From Bacteroidales bacterium (GTDB lineage Bacteria; Bacteroidota; Bacteroidia; Bacteroidales; UBA4181), in assembly GCA_031271175.1 (NCBI GenBank), contig JAISWE010000190.1, forward strand, positions 27 through 64,026: DNA of 64,000 bases, written 5' to 3'. The notes below the pieces were generated by a model. It was not told where the DNA came from. It saw only the letters and a program-made list of their open reading frames with translations, and made no database searches. The number at the start of each line of letters is the position of its first letter. The stretch's first letter is position 1. The position numbers were made by a program, and so were the translations under genes. Below are positions 7,558-15,061 of the stretch, piece after piece.

Positions 7558-9283
7558 AAATGTTGTTACTGAAACCGCGACCAAAAAAATGTGATTGGTT
7601 GCGGTTTTGGTAATTATGGGGCAGTAATGCCGCAAAGGACACGGCTTGCCGCTTGCGCGGCAAGCCGTTTTCCATGCCCTGTGAGGCCATTTCCGCGCCC
7701 TGTGGGGCGTTTGTAGCGATAGTTTGGTAACTTACCTGTTGGTTGAAAATCAGCGCGTATGTGGGCGTAAATACGGGCGCAACCGTTATGCCGTTTTTAT
7801 CCAAGCAAACATAGATTTTCTCGAAAAAGGCAAGGTTGTAAATACGCTTTGCCTGTTCGGAGGCGTTGGCATAAAGCGCCCCGCAATCCTCCAAAGCCCC
7901 CATGACTTTCCCAAGCCGCCGCTCCACCTCAGCGCAGTCATTTGTCTGTAACTGGATGCGGCTGTCAATGGCGGCAATGCCATCCGCTAATTTGCGTTGC
8001 TCCTCCTTGAATAAATCGGCGGGGAGCGCGTCAGCATAATACATTTCAAGCAATTTGCGCTGTTGGCGCTCCATTTTCTCTTTTTCCTTTTCCAGTTCCC
8101 GCCGCTGTGCCGCAAAGTCATCGGTGGTCTTGCGGATTTCTTTGAGCAAGGTATCCTCGACATGCTGGCGGTATTCGGACGTAAAGGACAAGCCGCGATA
8201 TAGGTTTTCCACCTGCCTCTCCACTTCTTCAATCAAGACGGATTTTTGCTGACAATCGGTGCGCTTGCTATGCCTACCCGCGCAGGAGAAATAGGGGTAA
8301 CGGATGCCAGAGCGTGACTTTGCGTATTGTATTAGCAACCTCTCCCCGCAACCGCCACAATAGACAATGCTTTTGAGAAAATGCGGGTGTTCGCGTGTGC
8401 GCTCGCCGTTGATGTGGCTTGCCAGCACATCTTGAACCTTTTGCCATGTAGCCTCGTCCGTCAGCGGCTTATGCTTGCCTGGGTGGTATTTGCCCTGGTA
8501 TTTCACCATTCCTTTGTAATAGGGGTTGATGAGGATTTTGTTGAGCGCCCGCCCGTCGATGGGCTTTGAGGGAACGTTGGGCGTGGTGCGAGTGGTAAGT
8601 CCGCGCAATGCCAAGTGGTCAGCCAAATCCTCAACCACCCATTCGCCTGTGGAGAACATATCAAAGGCGAGGGCTACAAGCGCATGGCGGTCTGGGTCTG
8701 GCTCGACATAACGCTCCTCGCGCCCCATTTCATCCACACGGCGCAGATTGAGATAGCCAAGCGGCGCTTTACTGATTGTGCCGCCTTTTTCCACTTTTCC
8801 TCCCATGCCTTTTTTGACCTCGGTCGCAAGGTTATTGGAGTAAAACTCCGCAATAGAAGCCATGATACCGTGTAAAAGCATTCCCGCAGGGGTCTCGTCA
8901 ATACTTTCAGAAGCAGAAACCAGTTTGATGTTTTTCTTGAACAGGGCGCGGGTGATGTCCGCGTCCTCAAAGCGGTTGCGGGCAAGGCGGTCGACCTTGT
9001 GGATAATGAGGTAGTCAATGTCGTCATTTTCTTCGATGTATTTCAGCATTTCCTGTAAATCTTTGCGGTTTATAGACTTTGCCGAAGCACCGCGGTCAAT
9101 AAACTCCTTGACTATTACCGCACCCAAATCCGCCGCCGTTTTGCGCCCGCCGCCACGCTGGGCAGGGATGGAATAGCCCTCATCATCCCCGCCGCCGCGC
9201 TGTGCCTGCTTGCGGGTAGAAACCCGCAAATACAGAATTGCCTTTTTGGGCGTAAATACTGCGTTTATTGTATTTTCTGCCAT
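7514..9283 (-). CDS. large serine recombinase (resolvase domain, recombinase domain, zinc ribbon, coiled coil)
   Basis: The start was set at ATG 9283 after SD ggaaggaggg. ILYLRVSTRKQ contains the catalytic Ser. CGGCGERL...FSCAGRHSKRTDC is the zinc ribbon, and ELEKEKEKMERQQRKLLEMY is the coiled coil. The last ~80 aa are non-conserved and read through two hairpins and 44 nt of the tRNA. Confidence 0.9.
   Translation of the reverse strand: MAENTINAVFTPKKAILYLRVSTRKQAQRGGGDDEGYSIPAQRGGGRKTAADLGAVIVKEFIDRGASAKSINRKDLQEMLKYIEENDDIDYLIIHKVDRLARNRFEDADITRALFKKNIKLVSASESIDETPAGMLLHGIMASIAEFYSNNLATEVKKGMGGKVEKGGTISKAPLGYLNLRRVDEMGREERYVEPDPDRHALVALAFDMFSTGEWVVEDLADHLALRGLTTRTTPNVPSKPIDGRALNKILINPYYKGMVKYQGKYHPGKHKPLTDEATWQKVQDVLASHINGERTREHPHFLKSIVYCGGCGERLLIQYAKSRSGIRYPYFSCAGRHSKRTDCQQKSVLIEEVERQVENLYRGLSFTSEYRQHVEDTLLKEIRKTTDDFAAQRRELEKEKEKMERQQRKLLEMYYADALPADLFKEEQRKLADGIAAIDSRIQLQTNDCAEVERRLGKVMGALEDCGALYANASEQAKRIYNLAFFEKIYVCLDKNGITVAPVFTPTYALIFNQQVSYQTIATNAPQGAEMASQGMENGLPRKRQAVSFAALLPHNYQNRNQSHFFGRGFSNNILVGHQGLEPRTNRL
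7573..7608 (+). terminator. hairpin plus T-run downstream of tRNA(CAU)
   Basis: aaccgcgaccaa (7573-7584) pairs with ttggttgcggtt (7595-7606) in 12 bp including one G-U, followed by TTTT. It lies inside the 3' tail of the recombinase ORF on the other strand. Confidence 0.55.
7641..7671 (+). terminator. perfect 12-bp hairpin plus T-run (second terminator-like structure after the tRNA)
   Basis: acggcttgccgc (7641-7652), loop ttgc, gcggcaagccgt (7657-7668), then ttt. It also lies within the recombinase ORF tail. Confidence 0.5.
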
Positions 9284-9449
9284 AATGCGCCCTCCTTCCT
9301 GCTTGCGCGTCCCCATTCTAACTCCTTTGGCGGGGGAATACAAGCCGCAAAATCCAACAAACTTTTAGGTGTTTTCATGGGGTGAGTTTGACCTGCCATG
9401 CTCTGTGATAAGCCCTTGAAAACAGCGGCTTTTTCGGCTATGTAGAGGC

Positions 9450-9755
9450 TCATTTTGACCCCTCGTCCTCATCGTCCAACTCCGCATCCAGCGCCGCCGC
9501 GATAATGGCGCGGCATAGCCGTTTGGTGTCGGGTTCCTTGCGGAATACTGGTTTGAGATAAATCTCATCCGAGGATTCTCGTCTGCCGAGTTTTTTGGTG
9601 CGGTAGGCTTGTTTTCTGCCCCATGCCCGCCGACACCAGTCGGAGCAGAACTCCTTGGGGCGCCCTTTGCCCATGCGGGCAAAGGGCTTGCCGCAATGCT
9701 TACAGAGGGTTTCCTCCGCGAGCATGTCATAAATATTATCTTGATTTTCTTTCAT
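9450..9755 (-). CDS. small Cys4 zinc-ribbon protein with acidic tail, function unknown (possible recombinase accessory factor)
   Basis: 101 aa with CKHCG...x15...CSDWC. It lies immediately upstream of the recombinase in the same orientation. Any RDF-like role is inference only. Confidence 0.5.
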   Translation of the reverse strand: MKENQDNIYDMLAEETLCKHCGKPFARMGKGRPKEFCSDWCRRAWGRKQAYRTKKLGRRESSDEIYLKPVFRKEPDTKRLCRAIIAAALDAELDDEDEGSK

Positions 9756-9804
9756 ATATCAGTCTCCTTTCGTGATTAGATTTTTTGTGGTGAGCGTGAG
9801 CGTA

Positions 9805-10647
9805 TTACGGCGGATTCACCTTTTTCATGTATTCTTCCACGCCACCCACAACCAGCGTTTCAAGTTCATCGGGCGTGATGACAATGAAAATCTTGGGGTC
9901 GCGGGCGTGCTGGTCGCGGATTTTGCCTTTGAGGTCGGTTTTGCGCTTGTCATTAGGCACAATCCAGAGAACATAGGGGAATACGCCATGCCGTTTCTGC
10001 TCCGCGCCGCTCTGGAAGTAGCGCATATACTGCTCACACTGATTTAGCACCTGTGTGGTGGATTCGGTAGCGCGGTCAAGCTCCATAAACCAGCGGTCTT
10101 CATACCCGCCTCCTTGCGTGATAGCGTATAGGTCGGGACGCATAGTGATTTTTTTGCCCTGCCGCCCTGTATAATGCCGCCATGACATCGGCTCTGGGTC
10201 GGCGGCGGCGAGCGTCATACTGTGCTTATTACAGATTTCAAGCATCTGTAAATACGCCTCGGAGACGAGCAGGGTATGCTCGACATAATGTGCGGACGGC
10301 TCATAAAACCGCTTGCGCCCCGTGTCCTCGCCTTTGTCGAGGTTGAGCAACTTGAAGCCCGCGAGTGTGAGCGACCAGATGAAGCCGCTGCTCCCTGCCC
10401 GAACTCCTCCGATTTGCCGTTTCAAGGTTCCAATGAGTCCATGCTCTCTCAGTCGTTTGAGAACACGGCTTGTAACCCTGATTGCGGCGGTCGGTGTGGA
10501 TAGATTTGTAAAGTGTAACCGCCCAATTTGTTTGGTGGTGAGGTAGCGGCATTTTTGGAGCGAATAGAGTATTGCCTTATCTCTGTCGCTGAGGATTTGA
10601 CACAGTTCCTCAATCTGTTTTTTGGATACGCGAATGTCATTTTTCAT
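9805..10647 (-). CDS. replication-relaxation family-like protein (putative relaxase/initiator of the element)
   Basis: The start was set at ATG 10647 after SD aggag. The N-terminal wHTH-like LSDRDKAILYSLQKCRYLTTKQIGRLHF pattern and its pairing with an upstream TraD/FtsK-like ATPase are typical of Replic_Relax (PF13814) genes. Confidence 0.55.
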   Translation of the reverse strand: MKNDIRVSKKQIEELCQILSDRDKAILYSLQKCRYLTTKQIGRLHFTNLSTPTAAIRVTSRVLKRLREHGLIGTLKRQIGGVRAGSSGFIWSLTLAGFKLLNLDKGEDTGRKRFYEPSAHYVEHTLLVSEAYLQMLEICNKHSMTLAAADPEPMSWRHYTGRQGKKITMRPDLYAITQGGGYEDRWFMELDRATESTTQVLNQCEQYMRYFQSGAEQKRHGVFPYVLWIVPNDKRKTDLKGKIRDQHARDPKIFIVITPDELETLVVGGVEEYMKKVNPP

Positions 10648-10718
10648 AAGCGTCTCCTGTATCTGTGCCTGTGCCACGGATGAGGTCGAGGGCGGTAGGG
10701 CGGCGGTGTGGCGCAGAG

Positions 10719-10745
10719 GTATTTGGCAATGGTATTGCCAAATAC
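10719..10745. promoter_or_regulatory. perfect 12-3-12 palindrome upstream of the relaxase-like gene (oriT or operator candidate)
   Basis: The sequence is gtatttggcaat ggt attgccaaatac. The arms are exact reverse complements. It lies 72-98 nt upstream of the ATG at 10647. Confidence 0.5.
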
Positions 10746-10861
10746 GCCGTTGCCCTTATTTATGAGAAATGTAGATAAATAGGGGGTTTCAGAGGTTTTT
10801 ACAATGACATGAGAGGAACAGCGATAAGTCGCGTTTTTTTGCGCGTTTTTTTTGTTTTTTC

Positions 10862-13000
10862 TCATAACATCCTCCTTCCTATACTGCCGAAACCCTCATC
10901 GGTTGGGGCAACGGCGCGGGTCAATTTCAGCAATGCCAAATACTCGGATTCGGTCTCCTCGGCGGGTTTGCCGTATGCCGCCATGCTTTTTGCGCGGAGT
11001 TCCACAATGTCGCGGGTCGGCGCGATGGGCGGTAACGTCTTGCCCGACACCCAGCCTGTGTTACGCCCATCCACATTGAACGAGGCGTAAATCTGGTAGC
11101 GCGGGAGCGACATAAAATCCACCGCATCCAGTTCGGGAGCCATCGCCGCCATTGCCTTTGCGTCTTCGGCATTCAAGCCGAAAACAATCTTGTTGCGGGC
11201 GTTTGCGTCAATGCCAGAGCGGATTTCAGGCGGCAACTGCCCTCGGTATTGGTGGGCGAGTGTCAACGCTACGCCGAGTCCCCGCGCCTGTGCCAAAGCG
11301 TCCGAGAGGTCGGTGGGTAAAGCGAGATAGTCTTGTAATTCGTCAATATACACGCTGACCATATTTCGCTGGGACTGTGGTATATTGGCGCGGGAGAGCG
11401 CCAGCGTCCAAGTCATGCCCACTATGAGCGACCCAAGCAATCTCGCTGATTCCGCCCCGATAGTCCCTTTATTGAGAGGAACAAGCACGATTTTTTGCTT
11501 TGTGAATAAGTCCATCAGGCTGAACTTTGGCTTGCTCTGACCTAATACATTTCTCAGCCCAGGGCGCAAGAGGAATTGACGGATTTTGTTCAATACGGGG
11601 GCAATCTCAGCCCGCCGCCCCGATTCTTTCATGTCCTCAAAACCCTCCCAGTAAGGCTCCAAACCAATCTTGTCGCGGATACCGCCTGTCACCTTGCGGC
11701 GAAAATCCTCATCGATGAGCAGGGTCGGCAACCATAACAGTGACGCGCCCTCGGTCTGTGCCAGCGTGAGCAAGGCGGCGGATAGAACATCCTGTGAGCG
11801 TATCCCCCAGTTATCTCTAAATATCTCCTTGAACGAAGAGAGAATCGCGTCGGCAATAAGCATGGGGTCGCCGTAATCCTTGAACGCAAAGGGATTGAAT
11901 CCAACGGGGCAGGGGTTGGTCGGGTCGAGTATGACCAAATCGTCCTCGCGCTCTTTTGGTAAGCAAGCGATAATGTCATTCACAAGGTCGGCTTTGGGGT
12001 CAATTACCAGCACACCGCGCCCCGCCTTCATGTCCGCAATAATTTGGTTTTTCATGACGGTAGATTTGCCGCTGCCCGTTGGCCCGATGATGAGGGTATG
12101 CTCCAATGCGTCTTTGGGTGAAATGCTGAGTTTTACATTGCCGCAAGTCGCAAAAGCGCGGTCATCGCTGCCCTCATACCACCTTGGCGGGAGTATCTGC
12201 TTTGGATGTAACCCCGCCGCGCCCGCAAACGCCGTGTCGCCAATCGGGAGCATAAAGAAGCTCGCCAGTTCCTTGACCGATAAATGTAAGGGGAAGTGCC
12301 ACGGGATTTGCGCCTCGTTGATAGCCTCTGGTTTTTCGTTAGCGCAAGTAATCCTTACTCCCGCCGATTCCAGCGTTTTCAGCGCCGACACGATGGTAGA
12401 AAAATAGGCGCTTGACGCGCCTTTGCTGATGCCGATTCTCACGGCGGCGCTAAACTCATGCTGTGACGCTTTGTCGCGGATGGTCGTAAGGCTCTCATTT
12501 GAGGCGGTGCCGACATTGCCAATAGCCACTTGAAACCATGAAGCGTGAGGGTCTGGCATTTCACGCGGGGCGGGGGTGGGCGCGTAGGATTTGCCGAGGA
12601 CAATCTGTAATACTACCTCCGCGCCCTTTGACACGTTGCTCATCGCCGCCAATCCCGCGCGAATTGCGGACAGGGTATAGTCAGTTTTTAGCGATAACAA
12701 TGGCTTTGTGATTTTCAGTTGTTTGGCGGCTACTACCTTTTGATGGTCGCCCTCCTCAGTATCGCTAAAACGGATGTCGCCATGAACAGCGAACAGGTCG
12801 CGTATCTTGCGACAATGCTCCCGCTCACAGCCCAAGCGGTAATGAACCTCGCCATTGCTCCCGCGTATCTCAAAGACAATCGCCCCGCGAGGCACAGTGG
12901 TGGCAATATGGGTAAGCAATTCATGAACATCATCAAGCTCAAACGCCCGTTGCCATGTGACCTCCTGCCACTGTAAATCTGCTTGTCGGGTCATTCGCAT
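10862..13000 (-). CDS. TraD/VirD4-like type IV coupling protein-type P-loop ATPase (no N-terminal TM seen)
   Basis: Walker A is IIGPTGSGKST and Walker B-like is VSVYIDELQDY. LAHQYRGQL...ARNKIVF resembles the T4SS-DNA_transf/TraD C-terminal region. The start may instead be the ATG at 12994. Confidence 0.7.
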   Translation of the reverse strand: MRMTRQADLQWQEVTWQRAFELDDVHELLTHIATTVPRGAIVFEIRGSNGEVHYRLGCEREHCRKIRDLFAVHGDIRFSDTEEGDHQKVVAAKQLKITKPLLSLKTDYTLSAIRAGLAAMSNVSKGAEVVLQIVLGKSYAPTPAPREMPDPHASWFQVAIGNVGTASNESLTTIRDKASQHEFSAAVRIGISKGASSAYFSTIVSALKTLESAGVRITCANEKPEAINEAQIPWHFPLHLSVKELASFFMLPIGDTAFAGAAGLHPKQILPPRWYEGSDDRAFATCGNVKLSISPKDALEHTLIIGPTGSGKSTVMKNQIIADMKAGRGVLVIDPKADLVNDIIACLPKEREDDLVILDPTNPCPVGFNPFAFKDYGDPMLIADAILSSFKEIFRDNWGIRSQDVLSAALLTLAQTEGASLLWLPTLLIDEDFRRKVTGGIRDKIGLEPYWEGFEDMKESGRRAEIAPVLNKIRQFLLRPGLRNVLGQSKPKFSLMDLFTKQKIVLVPLNKGTIGAESARLLGSLIVGMTWTLALSRANIPQSQRNMVSVYIDELQDYLALPTDLSDALAQARGLGVALTLAHQYRGQLPPEIRSGIDANARNKIVFGLNAEDAKAMAAMAPELDAVDFMSLPRYQIYASFNVDGRNTGWVSGKTLPPIAPTRDIVELRAKSMAAYGKPAEETESEYLALLKLTRAVAPTDEGFGSIGRRML

Positions 13001-13010
13001 TCGTCCCCCT

Positions 13011-13202
13011 TCACCATTTCCCTTTTTGCTTCCATACGCGCCACCCGATAATCCCGCCGATTGCGATGACGCAAAGTATAAGCAGAATCCACCATATCTG
13101 CGCCAGCCAAAGAATAGCCAGTCTCACGAGAAAAACGCTCAATGCGAACATCGCGGCAAACTCGGCCATGCGGACGATAAGCCTTTTTGGTTCTTTGTCC
13201 AA
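13011..13202 (-). CDS. small two-TM membrane protein
   Basis: 63 aa, hydrophobic, abutting the methyltransferase stop with no gap. Confidence 0.5.
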   Translation of the reverse strand: MDKEPKRLIVRMAEFAAMFALSVFLVRLAILWLAQIWWILLILCVIAIGGIIGWRVWKQKGKW

Positions 13203-13754
13203 TCATCTCACTCCCTCCTTGTAGTGCGGCACAGGGTAGCCAGGGATGACAATGTCACTCTCGATTTCGTCACCCCATGCGTCCCATTTTGCCTGATTGC
13301 GCCTTGCGAATAATTCCAGATACGGCCCAGGGGAACAACGCTCAATAATGGCATACTGCTCCTCTGGTTTGTGCGAGTGGTCTTGTGTCGGGGCAAAGAG
13401 CCAATTCGGTTGCGAATTGAACAGGATGGGCGCTTTGCCTCGTGTGCCGAAGAGCATAAACTCAGCGGAGTTTCTGAGATAATGCCCCAATCCCATGCGG
13501 GGTTTTACCCATATGAGAATGCTGCGAGGCGTAAATCCCCAAGCCTCCATCAGGTCGTAACTCTCACGGAGCGCGGCCGCCGTTGTCCAGAGCCACAGAT
13601 GAGCGTCTGGCGCGGCGAGGTCGGCAATCGGCATCGCTTTGAGCCGTTCCATAGGCATTAGATTGTAATGCCTATTAGCGCCTTTGCTTCCATGTTGAAG
13701 GACGGTTGTGGGCGGGTCTGCCATGATAGTGGTGTATAATTTTTGTGTAACCAT
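13203..13754 (-). CDS. MT-A70 family (N6-adenine) DNA methyltransferase, orphan
   Basis: IMADPPT is a DPPW-motif variant. LWLWTT...MEAWGF...IWVKPRMGLGHYLRNSAEFMLFGTRGK...HSHKPEE...GPYLELFAR...WDAWGDE matches the MT-A70 pattern. There is no adjacent endonuclease. Confidence 0.8.
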   Translation of the reverse strand: MVTQKLYTTIMADPPTTVLQHGSKGANRHYNLMPMERLKAMPIADLAAPDAHLWLWTTAAALRESYDLMEAWGFTPRSILIWVKPRMGLGHYLRNSAEFMLFGTRGKAPILFNSQPNWLFAPTQDHSHKPEEQYAIIERCSPGPYLELFARRNQAKWDAWGDEIESDIVIPGYPVPHYKEGVR

Positions 13755-13797
13755 ATATTGGTCTCCTTTCCTTGTTAGTTGCTCACACCACCAGTAA

Positions 13798-13898
13798 ATC
13801 CCATGCCGCCATACCTGTGAAGAGGTGTAATATCTGATGTGTCAAGCGACAGGACAGGCGGCGACCTCTTGTCATTCCGCTTTTAGCGGCATGGGATA
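13798..13898 (-). promoter_or_regulatory. long structured region upstream of the methyltransferase gene (12-bp perfect outer stem)
   Basis: atcccatgccgc (13798-13809) pairs exactly with gcggcatgggat (13887-13898). An inner 7-bp stem aagaggt/acctctt lies at 13820-13826/13864-13870. An alternative small hairpin ccgc-tttta-gcgg overlaps the right arm. Confidence 0.5.
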
Positions 13899-13969
13899 AC
13901 TGGGTGTTGTAATTTTTGCGCTTTATGGTATAACCGTAAGCAGTATAGCGGATTTGCCACTACAATAGG

Positions 13970-14071
13970 TCAGCGATAGACGGTAATTACGAGCGGATTT
14001 GCTGCGAAATAGAATGCTGCCGCAAGCAAAATCACGAAACCCGCAATCAGTAGGTAATCAAGTTTTTTCAC
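13970..14071 (-). CDS. 33-aa single-TM micro-protein (not in the supplied ORF track)
   Basis: GTG start preceded by SD gagaggagg at 8 nt. The translation is MKKLDYLLIAGFVILLAAAFYFAANPLVITVYR. Confidence 0.45.
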   Translation of the reverse strand: MKKLDYLLIAGFVILLAAAFYFAANPLVITVYR

Positions 14072-14094
14072 GGTATTGGCCTCCTCTCAAAAGT

Positions 14095-14190
14095 TTATTG
14101 GTAAATCGTCACTTGGACGATACTTGCCGCAATAACGGCCAGCAACAGCAACATCGCGGCGACAAGCATCCAGCGGCCTTGTGGTGTCAT
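14095..14190 (-). CDS. 31-aa single-TM micro-protein (not in the supplied ORF track)
   Basis: The ATG overlaps the stop of the upstream 85-aa ORF in an ATGA arrangement. The translation is MTPQGRWMLVAAMLLLLAVIAASIVQVTIYQ. Confidence 0.45.
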   Translation of the reverse strand: MTPQGRWMLVAAMLLLLAVIAASIVQVTIYQ

Positions 14191-14444
14191 AATCCCGACC
14201 TCCTCTCGCGTTCGGTAGCGTCCTCGGCGGCGCGAATCATGTCGTGAGCCGCCTTATACATCTTGAATCTCATAGCGATTCGCCCAAGCCTCACCCGCAC
14301 AGAGGGCATACGGCGGGCATCGGGTATGCGTTCCCAAATCCAGCCGATAAAACGGGCAACAAAGCTCAGCAGAACGAGCATCCCAACGCCAAATAAGATA
14401 TAGCCAATCACATCAAAAGCGGCGTTTGTAGCGTCATTGAACAT
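14187..14444 (-). CDS. small membrane protein, function unknown
   Basis: 85 aa with one long hydrophobic segment followed by a basic tail. Confidence 0.5.
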   Translation of the reverse strand: MFNDATNAAFDVIGYILFGVGMLVLLSFVARFIGWIWERIPDARRMPSVRVRLGRIAMRFKMYKAAHDMIRAAEDATERERRSGL

Positions 14445-14447
14445 GTC

Positions 14448-14825
14448 TTACCACCTCATCATTCTGTCTCTGGCACTTATGGCGAACCCATCGGCAATCG
14501 CCTTACACCTTGCCGCCGCCTGTGGCACCATGCTTGTGAGATGCGCCTCCAACAAGGTGAGCGCGACCGCGTTTTCCATTGCGCCCTTGGCGAGCAGGGC
14601 GCGGCATTTTTCATGAGCATCCTCCAAAGCCGCGTCTTTCGCCAACTTCTTTTGGGCATACACAGTCACCAGCCCAGGATTTTTGACGATGCTCCCCATG
14701 AGCGTGGGCGAGAGCGTGTTGTCATTCGTGACAACGGAGATTTCTGTGGATGGGATTTGCGGCTCTGCCGTGAGGTCGGCTGTTCCCAGTAGACCGCGCC
14801 CCATCCGATTTCTTCCAAGTTCCAT
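14448..14825 (-). CDS. hypothetical protein (125 aa)
   Basis: SD aaggagtgg lies upstream of ATG 14825. I recognised no motif. It is the first gene of the minus-strand backbone block. Confidence 0.5.
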   Translation of the reverse strand: MELGRNRMGRGLLGTADLTAEPQIPSTEISVVTNDNTLSPTLMGSIVKNPGLVTVYAQKKLAKDAALEDAHEKCRALLAKGAMENAVALTLLEAHLTSMVPQAAARCKAIADGFAISARDRMMRW

Positions 14826-14880
14826 AAAACCACTCCTTTCAAGTTTTCAAGTTTCTCGGTTTTTCTCGGCAATTCTCAGG

Positions 14881-14909
14881 TTGAGTTTTTGCCTTTTCTG
14901 TGTTATACT
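14881..14909 (+). promoter_or_regulatory. sigma-A type promoter (extended -10) for the orphan plus-strand gene
   Basis: TTGAGT (14881-14886), a 17-nt spacer ending in TGt, then TATACT (14904-14909). Confidence 0.55.
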
Positions 14910-15061
14910 TATTACACAAAACCACCCCCTTTCTGCGGCTACTCGAACCTCCTGATAACAGATTAGCAGTTTTTTGAGCCAACTAATATGACGCGAACAG
15001 GTCAATCATTGGTCGGGGGTTGGGTATCTTTTGGACATTTTTTAGACAAGGGGGAAGCACG

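Noticed and set aside
9265-9453. 62-aa minus-strand ORF between the Zn-ribbon gene and the recombinase, with an ATGA overlap to the upstream stop.
   Set aside because: It overlaps the recombinase SD and start and has no SD of its own. Its sequence is unremarkable. It may be a coupling artefact of the reading frame, so it was not listed as a feature.
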